Assembly (NCBI GenBank): GCA_963743525.1
Contig: CAVUQH010000004.1
Location: forward strand, 672,001 to 736,000
From: an uncultured delta proteobacterium
Lineage (GTDB): Bacteria; Myxococcota_A; Polyangia; Haliangiales; Haliangiaceae
Length of the DNA stretch: 64,000 bases
Direction of reading: 5' to 3'
In this document: piece by piece, positions 1-9,787 of the stretch
How positions within the stretch are numbered: the stretch's first letter is position 1
How the letters are laid out: every line of letters begins with the position of its first letter
The notes under the pieces: model-generated
What the model saw: only the letters and a program-made list of their open reading frames with translations
What the model was told of the DNA's origin: nothing
Database searches by the model: none
Translations under genes and position numbers: made by a program

Positions 1-34
1 GCCCGCGCCGGCGTCCGGGTCATACTGCGCCGAC

Positions 35-712
35 ATGGCGTCTCCTCCCGCGCAGCTCCTGCGGATCGAGTACCGCAACGCGCCGTCGTTCCTGGTCGCC
101 TATTCGATCAGCTTTGCGCGCGGCGGGGTGTTCGTGGAGACCCGACTCGACCTGCCGGTGGGCACACCGGTGGAGGTGCAGCTGGCGATTCCCTCCGGCG
201 GGCTGATCGATCTGCGCGGCACCGTCACCTACCAGCGCACCGGCGCCGACGAGGACGGCCACCCCGGGTTGGCCCTCGAGCTGCCCGACGCCGCCGAGAT
301 GCTGGCGCAGCTGGTTAACCGACTGGCCATCGAGTACGGCGGCATGAGCATCATCGTCCTGGCCGGCGACACCCAGGACCGGACCACGCTCAGCCGCCAG
401 CTCAAGTCGATCCTGACCACCGCCGAGGTCATCAGCGCCACCGATGCCAGGCTGGCCGAGGCGGTGCTGGACGACGACATCGACCTCGTCGTCCTCGACG
501 CCGACCACGATCTGGAAGCGTCGCTGGAGACCATCAAGATGGCCCGCGACATGCCGGTGCCGGTGCCGACCGTGGCGCTGACCTCGTCGCGCAAGGCGAT
601 CGACCGCCTGCTGCTCGCCGGCGCCAACGAAGTCGCCAACAACCCGCCAGCGTTCGCCGAGCTGCAACAGGTGCTGGTCCGGGCCATGGCCCGACCGCGC
701 CGGGTGAGCTGA
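35..712 (+). CDS. PilZ-like (TIGR02266-type) domain protein with C-terminal receiver-like domain
   Basis: N-terminal YSISFARGGVFVETRLDLPVGTPVEV resembles myxobacterial PilZ paralogs; C-terminal DIDLVVLDAD...VPTVALT is REC-like. Confidence 0.65.
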   Translation: MASPPAQLLRIEYRNAPSFLVAYSISFARGGVFVETRLDLPVGTPVEVQLAIPSGGLIDLRGTVTYQRTGADEDGHPGLALELPDAAEMLAQLVNRLAIEYGGMSIIVLAGDTQDRTTLSRQLKSILTTAEVISATDARLAEAVLDDDIDLVVLDADHDLEASLETIKMARDMPVPVPTVALTSSRKAIDRLLLAGANEVANNPPAFAELQQVLVRAMARPRRVS

Positions 713-715
713 GCG

Positions 716-1828
716 ATGGACGAGAAGTTCGTATCCGACGCCGACGACGCGGCGTTCGAGTCGGCCACGTTTCAGGAAGCGTCGCGGCGCAGCCAGGCGC
801 TGTGGCAAGACCTGCAGCGCAATCCCGCGCGCTACCGCGTGCTCACCGGCGAGCGTCCCACCGGCCCTCTGCACATCGGTCACCTGTTCGGCACCGTGGC
901 CAACCGCGTGCACATCCAGAGCCTGGGCACGACCACCTTCATCGTCATCGCCGACTACCAGGTGCTCACCGATCGCGACACCGCCGACGCCGTCGGCGAC
1001 AACGTGCACGAGGTGATCCTCGACTACCTGGCCTCGGGTCTCGACCCCGACAACGGGCGCACCTTCTTCTTCAGCCACAGCCACGTGCCGGAGCTCAACC
1101 AGCTGCTGTTGCCGTTCATGTCGCTGGTGACCACCGCCGAGCTCGACCGCAACCCGACGGTCAAGGACGAGATCAAGGCCGCCGGTCTGCGCCAGGTCAA
1201 CGCGCTGATGTACACCTATCCGATCCACCAGGCCGCCGACATCCTGTTCTGCAAGGGCAACGTCGTCCCGGTCGGTCGCGATCAGCTGCCGCACCTCGAG
1301 CTCACGCGCAAGATCGCGCGGCGCTTCAACGAGCGGTTCTCACCCGAGGCGCCCATCTTCCCCGTGCCCGACGCCCTGCTCAGCGACCTGCCGGTGGTCC
1401 TGGGCACCGACGGGCAGAAGATGAGCAAGAGCCGCGGCAACACCATCATGCTCAAGATGACCGCCGACGAGACCGCAAAGGCGATCAAGCGGGCCAAGAC
1501 CGACGCCGAGCGCAACATCACCTACGACCCGCAGAACCGCCCCGAGGTCGCCAACCTGCTGCGGCTGATCGCCATCTGCACCGGCGACGCGCCCGAGGCG
1601 ATCGCCGAGCGAATCGGCAACGGCGGCGGTGGCGCGCTCAAGGCGATGCTGACCGATGCGCTCAACGCCCACCTGGCGCCGATCCGCGACCGCCGCGCCC
1701 GCTACGCCGGCGATCCCGCGTACGTCCACAGCGTGCTGCGCCGCGGCGTCGAGCGCGCGCGCGAAGAAGCCGTCGCCACCCTGAAGCAGGTGCGCGCGGC
1801 GATGAACATGGACCACGGCCTCGACTGA
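716..1828 (+). CDS. trpS: Tryptophan--tRNA ligase
   Basis: TGERPTGPLHIGH, YPIHQAADIL, VPVGRDQLPH and KMSKS class Ic motifs. Confidence 0.97.
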   Translation: MDEKFVSDADDAAFESATFQEASRRSQALWQDLQRNPARYRVLTGERPTGPLHIGHLFGTVANRVHIQSLGTTTFIVIADYQVLTDRDTADAVGDNVHEVILDYLASGLDPDNGRTFFFSHSHVPELNQLLLPFMSLVTTAELDRNPTVKDEIKAAGLRQVNALMYTYPIHQAADILFCKGNVVPVGRDQLPHLELTRKIARRFNERFSPEAPIFPVPDALLSDLPVVLGTDGQKMSKSRGNTIMLKMTADETAKAIKRAKTDAERNITYDPQNRPEVANLLRLIAICTGDAPEAIAERIGNGGGGALKAMLTDALNAHLAPIRDRRARYAGDPAYVHSVLRRGVERAREEAVATLKQVRAAMNMDHGLD

Positions 1829-1848
1829 ATCGCGGCGACGGCCGCGGC

Positions 1849-2700
1849 TCAGCCGGCGCGGCGGGCGGCCGCGTCGACGGTGTTCTCGAGCAGGCAGGCG
1901 ATGGTCATGGGACCGACGCCGCGGGGCACCGGCGTGATCGCCGACGCGCGCTCGGCGGCGCTGGCGTAGTCAACGTCGCCGCACAGGCTGCCGTCCTCGC
2001 GGCGGTTCATGCCCACGTCGAGGACCACGGCGCCGGGCTTGATCCAGTCGCCTTTGACCAGCTCGGGGACGCCGACGGCGGCGACCACGACGTCGGCGCG
2101 GGCGACCTCGCCGGCCAGGTCGACCGTGCGCGAGTGGCAGCCGGTGACGGTGGCGTTGGCGTTGGCCAGGAGCATCATCATCGGCCGGCCGACCAGGTTG
2201 GAGCGACCGATGACCACGGCGCGCTTGCCGGTGAGGTCGTACTCGATCTCGGCGAGCATGCGCATGCAGCCGCGCGGCGTGCAGGGGATGAAGCCAGGAC
2301 GGCCCTGCGCCAGCAGGCCGAGGCTGTGCGGGTGCAGGCCGTCGACGTCCTTCTTCGGATCGATCGCGTCCTGCACGGCGGCGGGGTCGAGCTGCACGGG
2401 CAGCGGCAGCTGCACGAGGATGCCGTCGACCTCGGGGTCGGCATTGAGCCGGGCGACCAGCGCCATCAGCTCGGCCTGCTCGGTCGACGCGGGCAACCGG
2501 TGATCGATGGCGCGGATGCCGGTCTTCTCGCAGGCACGGCCCTTGTTGCGCACGTAGATCTGCGACGCCGGATCGTCGCCGACGAGGACGACGGCGAGAC
2601 CGGGGGTCACGCCGCGGGCGGCGAGCTCGGCAGTGCGGACGGTGAGCTGCTCGCGCACGCGCGCAGCCAGCGCCCTGCCATCGATGATCCGTGCTGCCAT
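1849..2700 (-). CDS. folD: Bifunctional methylene-THF dehydrogenase/cyclohydrolase
   Basis: [51 protein letters not shown]. Confidence 0.98.
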   Translation of the reverse strand: MAARIIDGRALAARVREQLTVRTAELAARGVTPGLAVVLVGDDPASQIYVRNKGRACEKTGIRAIDHRLPASTEQAELMALVARLNADPEVDGILVQLPLPVQLDPAAVQDAIDPKKDVDGLHPHSLGLLAQGRPGFIPCTPRGCMRMLAEIEYDLTGKRAVVIGRSNLVGRPMMMLLANANATVTGCHSRTVDLAGEVARADVVVAAVGVPELVKGDWIKPGAVVLDVGMNRREDGSLCGDVDYASAAERASAITPVPRGVGPMTIACLLENTVDAAARRAG

Positions 2701-3008
2701 CAGTCGCTGCCTCCCGAGCCCGAGCTCTTGTCGCCCGACGACGAGCCGCTGTCGCTCTTGCTGGCAGGGCTGCTGCTATCGGTCGAGGTCGATGTCGATG
2801 CCGACGGCTTGCTGTCGCTGCCCGGCTTGGGCGACGAGTAGAGGTCCTTGTACCAGCCGCCACCCTTGAGGTGGAACGCAGACCGCGAGATCAGCCGCTC
2901 GAGGGTGCCGCCGCACTTCTCGCAGGTGGTCTTGGGGTCTTCGCTCATGCGCTGCTGGTACTCGAATACCTCGCCGCAGCCCTGGCACCGATACTCGTAA
3001 ATCGGCAT
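2700..3008 (-). CDS. FmdB-family zinc-ribbon protein
   Basis: [12 protein letters not shown]...CEKCGG...FHLKGGGWY followed by a Ser-rich tail; start placed at ATG 3008. Confidence 0.9.
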   Translation of the reverse strand: MPIYEYRCQGCGEVFEYQQRMSEDPKTTCEKCGGTLERLISRSAFHLKGGGWYKDLYSSPKPGSDSKPSASTSTSTDSSSPASKSDSGSSSGDKSSGSGGSD

Positions 3009-3062
3009 GACGGTCCCTGCTATCATGGCCGCGCCCCGGCCGTAAAGCGCCTCGTTCGCCCC

Positions 3063-4127
3063 ATGATTCGCGTCCTCTACTCGACCCCCGAGATCGCCCC
3101 GTTCGTCGGTGCCGGCCCGGAATCTGCCCTGGCTCGCTGCCTGGCAGCGGGGCTGGTGCAGGCCGGCGCCCGGGTCACGGTGGCGGCGCCATGGCACGAA
3201 GCCGAGCCGCCCTCACGCTTGGCGCGGCGGCTGTCGCCGGCGCCGACCTCGCGCGGACCGGTGACGGTGTTCGAGGGCCCGCTGCCCGGCGGCGGCGGCC
3301 AGGTGCTGGTGGCCGCGACCGACGATCCGATCGCCGTCGTCGAAGCGGCGCTGGCGTGCGAGGGCGCCGACATCGCGCACCTGGCGCTGGGCGGCGATGC
3401 GGCCCTGGCGACCCTGGCCGCGCGCGGTATTCCGGCGCTGCTCGACGACGACCTCGAGCTGACCCCGGGCATCGACCCGGCGCGCTGGCCGCGGCCGACC
3501 GGCGCCCTGGCCGACAAGCCAGCGGCCAAGCGGCGCGCGCAGGTCGCGCTGGGACTGCCGCCGCTGGCAACGGCGCCGCTGTTCGTGGCCGAGTCGACGC
3601 CCAGCCACCCGATCGATCCATTGCTGTGGTCCGACGAGCTAGAAGCCGTGTTGGCGGCGGCCGGCGCGCTGCTGGTCGTCGTCCACGCAGGCTCGGATGC
3701 TGCCCTGGCACCGCGCTCGCGTCGCGCGACCACGGTGGTCGGCGCCCGCGACGACGAGCGCCGACGGATCCTTGCGGCCGCCGATTTCGCCATCCTCGCC
3801 CACGAGCCGAGCCGCGGCCCCAGCGATCTGCAGTCCGCCCGCTACGGCGCCGTGCCGATCGCGCCGCGCGAGACGCCGTACACCAACACCCTGGTCGAGC
3901 TCGATCTCGCCACCACCACCGGCACCGGCATCTTCTACGCCCCCGACCCGGAGCGGCTGGTGGCCGCGATCCGGCGGGCGCTGCGCGCCTACGCACACCC
4001 GCATTTCGCCGCCACCGCGAGGGGCGCAGCCCGGCTGGATCTCGACTGGCTGCGGCCGGCGCGGGTGGCGCTGGGCGCCTACGCCCGGCTCGCCGGCGGC
4101 CAAAAAATGGATTCTGTAGGCGCATGA
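3063..4127 (+). CDS. Degenerate glycogen synthase (GlgA)-like GT-B protein
   Basis: MIRVLYSTPEIAPF, TPGID..W, K.AAKRRAQVALGL, RYGAVPI and GTGIFY follow GlgA motif order, but catalytic motifs are altered. Confidence 0.6.
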   Translation: MIRVLYSTPEIAPFVGAGPESALARCLAAGLVQAGARVTVAAPWHEAEPPSRLARRLSPAPTSRGPVTVFEGPLPGGGGQVLVAATDDPIAVVEAALACEGADIAHLALGGDAALATLAARGIPALLDDDLELTPGIDPARWPRPTGALADKPAAKRRAQVALGLPPLATAPLFVAESTPSHPIDPLLWSDELEAVLAAAGALLVVVHAGSDAALAPRSRRATTVVGARDDERRRILAAADFAILAHEPSRGPSDLQSARYGAVPIAPRETPYTNTLVELDLATTTGTGIFYAPDPERLVAAIRRALRAYAHPHFAATARGAARLDLDWLRPARVALGAYARLAGGQKMDSVGA

Positions 4128-4166
4128 CCTACAATGTCCTACCTGAGTCGTTCCAGGAGGACATTC

Positions 4167-4562
4167 ATGGCAACACGCGACCGCAGACTGGGCTTCCGGG
4201 TCCCTCTCGAGATCTTTCTCACCCAGTACATTCGTGATCGCCCGGTGCGATCCCTGGCCTGTAACCTAAGTGATACAGGCATTTACCTGCAGTCGGTGAG
4301 CCTCTCGGGAGTGCTGGGGACGACCGACGGACCGGTGGCGCTGGAGTTCGAGCTGCCCGGCACCGGCGAGGTGATCTGGGCCCGAGGCGAGGTCTGCTAC
4401 GCCGATGGCGACGACATGGTCGCCGGCACCGGCATTCGTTTCACCGGCATTCCCACCGTCCATGCCCGGATGATCCGCGACTACTGCATCGAGCGGCGCA
4501 GGACCCATCTGGGCCAGCTCCTGGCCCGAATCCGCCCGCACAGCGCCGCCGACTCCATGTGA
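4167..4562 (+). CDS. PilZ domain protein
   Basis: RxxxR (RRLGFR) and NLSDTG motifs; AGGAGG RBS at 4155-4160. Confidence 0.85.
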   Translation: MATRDRRLGFRVPLEIFLTQYIRDRPVRSLACNLSDTGIYLQSVSLSGVLGTTDGPVALEFELPGTGEVIWARGEVCYADGDDMVAGTGIRFTGIPTVHARMIRDYCIERRRTHLGQLLARIRPHSAADSM

Positions 4563-4661
4563 GGCCTGGCGGCCCCGGCGGGGGCGATCCACAGTGGCAG
4601 GAACGCCTTGGGCGGCTTCGATCGTTATACTTGATGAAGCCGTCCCGGCGCTGCCTCGCCC

Positions 4662-7600
4662 ATGACCAGACGCCTCCGCCAAGCCATCGTTTTTTCAGCC
4701 ATTCTCGCGGCGCTCGCGCCCGCGGTCACGACCTCCGCCCAACCCGGCGACGACTGGTCGGTCAAGCGCGACCCGTTCGACAAGCGAGTGGTCGCCCGCT
4801 ACAAGGCGATCCTGGCCAAGCATCCGGACGACTCCGGCGCGCTGGCCAAGCTGGTGGCGATGTACCGCCGCTACCGCTCGGTAGCCAAGCTGGTGGGCGA
4901 GTACGAGGGCGTGCTGGCCAAGAAGCCCGACAGCTTCGCCGACAACGCGGTGCTCGGCTACCTGCACCTGCGCGAGGGCGCCGGCGACAAGGCCCTGCCC
5001 TACTTCCAGAAAGCCGCCGCCCTTCGCCCCACTGACGCCGGCGTCCAGCTGGCGCTGGGCGATCTGTTGCGCAACGCCGGCAAGCCGGACGGCGCCAAGA
5101 CCGCCTACGACGCCGCGCTGGCGGCGACCAAGAACAAGAAGCTGAAGGTCAAGGCGCTGCGCGCCCTGGCCGACCTGGCGCTCGGCGCCAACGACATCGC
5201 CACCGCGCGCAAGTACTACGACCAGTATCTGGCCATCGAGCCGCACAACCACCAGGTGCGGATCGAGCTGGGCGACGCGCTGCTCAACCACGGCAAGGCG
5301 CTCGACGCGGTCGAGGTCTACAAGCAGGCCGAGAGTCGGCTCAAGTCCGATCCGGCGCGCCGGGTCGAGGTGGTCGCGCGCATCGGCCAGGCGTACGAGA
5401 AGGCCGGGCAGGACGACGCCGCCGTGCGCGAGTACCGGCGGGCGATGTCGCTGGTCGGGCGCACCTACTACCTGCGCCGCGAGCTGACCGCGCGCATCAT
5501 CGAGATCTACCGCAAGCGCCAGGGCTTGAGCGACCTGCTGGCCGAGTACGAGAAGGAGTGGCCCAAGAAGCGGCGCGACTTCTTCGAGTGGGACACGCTG
5601 GCCCGGCTGTACGAGGAGACCGGCGACCAGGAGAAGGCGATCGCCGCGTACGAGGCGGCCACCCGCAAGTCGCCGTACGAGCTCGACACCCAGCGCCGAC
5701 TGATCTCGATGCTCGAGAACTCCGGCCGGGAAAAGGAAGCGCTGGCGCAGTACGAGAAGGTCATCCGCATCGCCCCGGGCGAGCCGCGCTTCCAGCTCGA
5801 GCTGGCCGAGCGCTACTGGAACCGCGGCGATCAGAAGAAGGCGCTCGAGCTCCTGGCCAAGATGGAGAAGCGCTTCCCCGGCGACGCCAGCGTCTTCTCC
5901 GCCATCGCCGAGATGTACACCCGCTGGGGCAAGGAAGACCGCGCGCTCAAGGCCTACGAGCGGCTGGTGTCGATCGAGCCGGACGAGAGCTCGCACCTGG
6001 TCGACCTGGGCGAGCAGTACTACCAGCGCAACGACAAGAAGAAGGCGATCGCGACCTGGAAGCGAATCGTCACCCGGCGCACGGCGGCCAACTACGCCCG
6101 CCTGGGCGAGGTCTACGCCGAGCACGACCTGCGCGACGACGCCCGCGAGATGTACACCAAGGCGGTGCAGATGGCGCCGAAGAACCCCGACTTCCGCAAG
6201 GGTCGGGCTCGCGTCTACGAGCGCCTGCGCCTGTGGCAACCGGCGATCGACGACTGGAACGCAGTCTTGGCGCTGACCGCCAACGACAAGACGCAGAAGC
6301 CGCTGCGCGCCGAGGCCCGCCGCTACATCGTCGGCGTCTACGCCCGCTGGGGACGCACCCAGCTGTCCAACCAGATGCGCAACTGGCGGACCGCGTTCGC
6401 CGCCGACCCGCCCGACGTCGACGCCGGGCGCTTGCTGGTCGAGGCGCACCTCAAACAGCACAACGACCACCAGGCGGCCGAGGTGCTCAAGAAGCTGATC
6501 ACCATCGACGGCAGCGACACCGACGCCATGCAGGAGCTGGTCAAGGTCTACCGCCGCCAGCGCAAGTTCGACGACGCGGTGGCGCTGCTGCTCGACCTGG
6601 TCAAGCTGTCGCCGGGACGCGAGCGCGAGTTCTATACCCGCATCGCCGAGATCAAGACCGACGCGCGCGAGGACGACCAGGCGATCCTCTACGTGCAGAA
6701 GGCGCTGGAGAAGAGCCCCAACGACCCGGTCGCGCACATGCGCCTGGCCGAGCGCTACGAGGCGATGCAGGACGAGCACTCGCTGGAGAAGGCGATGGCC
6801 GCCTACGAGAAGACCATCGAGCTCGACCCGCGCAACTTCACCGCCTACTTCAAGCTGGCCCGCCTCTACCAGCGCGAGAACCAGACGCACATGAAGGCGG
6901 CCAAGCTGTACCGGACCATCCTCGAGCGGGCCACCGACAACGAGGTGCTGGAGAACGCCGGGCACAAGGCGATCAACCTCGAGGAGCTGACCGGCACGCT
7001 GGGCGAGCTGGAGAAGGTGGTCTCGCCGCTGGCATTCACCTTCAGCCACAAGACCGTCTACCGGCGGATCCTGGTCGAGCTGTACGGTCGCTACGTGCCC
7101 ACCCTGGTGGCGCGCGTGCACGCCGGGGGTGACGACGGCGCCGCCGCGGAAGCCGAGCTGTTGCGCCTGGGCAAGCGCGGGCTCAAGCCGCTGCTCGAAG
7201 CGCTGGGCGACGATCAATACCCCGGCCAGCAGCTGATCGCCGTGTCGGTGCTGGGGCATCTGGGCAACAAGGGCGCCGCGGCGCCGCTGGTCCACCTGGC
7301 GCTCAAGCCGATCAACGGGCCGACGACCGCCATCGGCACGCTGCGCCCGGTGGTCGACATCGACACCCGCGTTGACGCCCTGGTCGCCGCCGGCCGGCTG
7401 GGCGATCCGCGCATCATCCCGGAGCTGATCGAGCTGTCTCGTCTGCCCGAGCGCAGCATGCGCGAGGCGGCGATCTTCGGCCTCGGTCGCACCGGCGACG
7501 CCCGCGCGGTGCCGCCGCTGATGGCCGCGCTGGGTGACTACAACGAGTCGGTGCAGGCGCAGGCCTGTCTGGGACTGTCGTTCTCGCGCGACAAGCAGGT

Positions 7601-8687
7601 GGTCGACCGGATGATCGAGGTGGTCGCCGACGCCACGCGCAAGGACACCACTCGCGCCGCCTGCGCCTGGGCGCTGGGCGTCATCGGCGACGGCCGCGCA
7701 CTGGCGCCGCTGGCCACCGCGCTGGCGCAGGGCAACGACGAGACCCAGCGCCTGGCCGCGTACGCCCTCGGTCGACTGGCCGACGGTCGCGCGGTGCCGG
7801 CGCTCTTGGCGGCCAACTTCAGCCGGCACGAAGAGATCCGCCGCACCGTGGCGTGGGCGCTGGCGCGCATCTCGGCGCCCAAATCGGTGCCCGCGCCGGT
7901 CGAGCAGCCCGACTTCCTGACCCGCAACGACAGCTTCGACGCCGACGGCACCATCCGCTTGCTGGGCACCGACCTGGGCGACCCGACGCTGGCGCCGGGC
8001 CTGCTGGTCGGCCACGAGGTGGAGCTCCTCGCCGGCATCCGCGAGGCGCTCGAGCGCCACACCGATCTGCAGCTGCGCATGCTGATGGTGCTCGACGGCC
8101 ACCCCGGGCGGATCGATCTCGGCGCCCTGACCGACCACCTCGACCAGGCCGGAGGCGGGCAGAAGAAGAAGATCGTCGCCCTCCTCGACCGCGTCGGTCA
8201 GGCGCTGGCGCCGGACCTGCTCCGCCTGACCAAGCACGAGGACTCCAAGGTGCGCGCGCTGGCGCTGTCGGTGCTCGCCAAGGCCGACGCCAGCCAGGCA
8301 ATCGACGCGCTCGAGACCGGCATGACCGACAGCTCGCCGGCGGTCCGCCGCGCGGTGATGAAGACCGCCACCCGCTACGCCCAGCACCACCCGGAGGCCA
8401 GCGCGGCCCTGGCCAAGGCGGTCGCCGCCCGGCTGTCGGCCAAGGGCTGGCTGGAGCGCACCGACGCCGCCCGCGCCCTGGGCGGGCTGGGCAAGGCGGC
8501 ACCAGTGGACGCCCTGATCACCGCCCTCGACGACGACTTCGGCTACGTCCGCGAGGCCGCCGCCCGGTCGCTCGGCGCCATCGGCGACCCGCGGGCCGCC
8601 GGCGCCCTGCAACGAGCCACCGACGACCGGGATCCCAAGGTCGCCGCAGCGGCGCGCAAGAGCCTGCAGCAAATTAGAAAAAAGTAG
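4662..8687 (+). CDS. Large exported TPR- and HEAT-repeat protein
   Basis: Signal peptide; about 780 aa of TPR-like repeats, then PBS-lyase/HEAT repeats (VREAAARSLGAIGDPRA). Confidence 0.85.
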   Translation: MTRRLRQAIVFSAILAALAPAVTTSAQPGDDWSVKRDPFDKRVVARYKAILAKHPDDSGALAKLVAMYRRYRSVAKLVGEYEGVLAKKPDSFADNAVLGYLHLREGAGDKALPYFQKAAALRPTDAGVQLALGDLLRNAGKPDGAKTAYDAALAATKNKKLKVKALRALADLALGANDIATARKYYDQYLAIEPHNHQVRIELGDALLNHGKALDAVEVYKQAESRLKSDPARRVEVVARIGQAYEKAGQDDAAVREYRRAMSLVGRTYYLRRELTARIIEIYRKRQGLSDLLAEYEKEWPKKRRDFFEWDTLARLYEETGDQEKAIAAYEAATRKSPYELDTQRRLISMLENSGREKEALAQYEKVIRIAPGEPRFQLELAERYWNRGDQKKALELLAKMEKRFPGDASVFSAIAEMYTRWGKEDRALKAYERLVSIEPDESSHLVDLGEQYYQRNDKKKAIATWKRIVTRRTAANYARLGEVYAEHDLRDDAREMYTKAVQMAPKNPDFRKGRARVYERLRLWQPAIDDWNAVLALTANDKTQKPLRAEARRYIVGVYARWGRTQLSNQMRNWRTAFAADPPDVDAGRLLVEAHLKQHNDHQAAEVLKKLITIDGSDTDAMQELVKVYRRQRKFDDAVALLLDLVKLSPGREREFYTRIAEIKTDAREDDQAILYVQKALEKSPNDPVAHMRLAERYEAMQDEHSLEKAMAAYEKTIELDPRNFTAYFKLARLYQRENQTHMKAAKLYRTILERATDNEVLENAGHKAINLEELTGTLGELEKVVSPLAFTFSHKTVYRRILVELYGRYVPTLVARVHAGGDDGAAAEAELLRLGKRGLKPLLEALGDDQYPGQQLIAVSVLGHLGNKGAAAPLVHLALKPINGPTTAIGTLRPVVDIDTRVDALVAAGRLGDPRIIPELIELSRLPERSMREAAIFGLGRTGDARAVPPLMAALGDYNESVQAQACLGLSFSRDKQVVDRMIEVVADATRKDTTRAACAWALGVIGDGRALAPLATALAQGNDETQRLAAYALGRLADGRAVPALLAANFSRHEEIRRTVAWALARISAPKSVPAPVEQPDFLTRNDSFDADGTIRLLGTDLGDPTLAPGLLVGHEVELLAGIREALERHTDLQLRMLMVLDGHPGRIDLGALTDHLDQAGGGQKKKIVALLDRVGQALAPDLLRLTKHEDSKVRALALSVLAKADASQAIDALETGMTDSSPAVRRAVMKTATRYAQHHPEASAALAKAVAARLSAKGWLERTDAARALGGLGKAAPVDALITALDDDFGYVREAAARSLGAIGDPRAAGALQRATDDRDPKVAAAARKSLQQIRKK

Positions 8688-8700
8688 GACTTTCCACACG

Positions 8701-8729
8701 TTGACCGCCCACGATCGCGGCGGTACGAT
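8701..8729 (+). promoter_or_regulatory. Sigma70-type promoter
   Basis: TTGACC-N17-TACGAT, ending 8 nt before ATG 8738, with no Shine-Dalgarno. Confidence 0.55.
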
Positions 8730-8737
8730 GCCGCTGG

Positions 8738-9748
8738 ATGGACGTCGGTCTGGTCTGCGAGGCGTGCAGCACCTTGAATCCGATGGGGTCTGCTACGTGC
8801 AGCCGGTGTGGGGGCGCCGTATCGCTGGGCCCTGCCGGCGCCGCCGCGGAACCCAGAGGTACCGCGCAGCACGGCGCGAGCGGCCCGCTGTGTCCGGCGT
8901 GTGGCGCAGCGGTGCCTCCCGGCTTCAAGTTCTGCGGCGCCTGCGGCTCGCCCATCGAAGCCGGTGACATCGGCTTCGAGCCGACGATGTCGGCGTCGGG
9001 CGCAGCCGCTGACGTCAACCTGCCCAACGACGCGACCAAGCCGCGCGCCAAGGCCAGCGGCGGCGCGGGCGGGGGCAAGAAGACGATGTTCTTCAGCACC
9101 ATGCAGGCGGCTCGCGCCAAGCTGGTGCTGATCAAGGGCGACGGCCTCGACGGCGTGTCGTTCACCCTCGCCGGTGACGAGCACCTGGCCGGCCGCTCCG
9201 ACGCGGCGCTGCTGTTCGAGGAAGACCCGTTCCTGTCGCCGACCCACGCCAACTTCTTCTACCGCAAGGGCGGGTTGGTGGTCCGCGACGAGGGCTCGAT
9301 CAACGGCGTCTACCTGCGCATCCGCGGCTCTCACGACGTCGCCACGGGCGACCGCTTCCTGGTCGGCGAGCAGCTGCTCGAGGTCCAGCCGCCCAACGAT
9401 GACGGTATCGACGAGCCCGCGGCCGACGGCACCTACTTCTTCGCCAGCCTGCACCGGCCGGCGCCGTTCCGCGTGGTCCAGCAGCTGCGCGGCGGCGACA
9501 CCGGCCTGGCGTTTCGCCCCAGCGCGGACGTGGTCACCCTCGGCCGCGAGGGCAACGACATCAACTTCCCCGACGATCCCTTCATTTCCGGCCATCACGC
9601 CCAGCTATCGTCTGCCGGCGGCCGGCTGCTACTGACCGACCTCAACTCCAAGAACGGCACCTTCCTGCGCATTCGCGGTGAGCAGGAGCTGCGCCACGGC
9701 GACTACGTCTTCATGGGCCAGCAGCTCCTCCGCGTGGAGATCGTGTAG
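8738..9748 (+). CDS. Double zinc-ribbon plus two FHA domains
   Basis: Four CxxC pairs; GR...S.THA...S.NG and GR...SGHHA...SKNGT FHA motifs. Confidence 0.88.
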   Translation: MDVGLVCEACSTLNPMGSATCSRCGGAVSLGPAGAAAEPRGTAQHGASGPLCPACGAAVPPGFKFCGACGSPIEAGDIGFEPTMSASGAAADVNLPNDATKPRAKASGGAGGGKKTMFFSTMQAARAKLVLIKGDGLDGVSFTLAGDEHLAGRSDAALLFEEDPFLSPTHANFFYRKGGLVVRDEGSINGVYLRIRGSHDVATGDRFLVGEQLLEVQPPNDDGIDEPAADGTYFFASLHRPAPFRVVQQLRGGDTGLAFRPSADVVTLGREGNDINFPDDPFISGHHAQLSSAGGRLLLTDLNSKNGTFLRIRGEQELRHGDYVFMGQQLLRVEIV

Positions 9749-9787
9749 GATGATTCGCACCCGGGCACGCCCGGTCGGGGGTAACCG

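Noticed and set aside
4695..8699. Very long antisense and alternative-frame ORFs (e.g. 4695-8699, 19860-23084, 48644-51250)
   Set aside because: These are shadows of real genes caused by high GC3 and few stop codons; they carry no family motifs.
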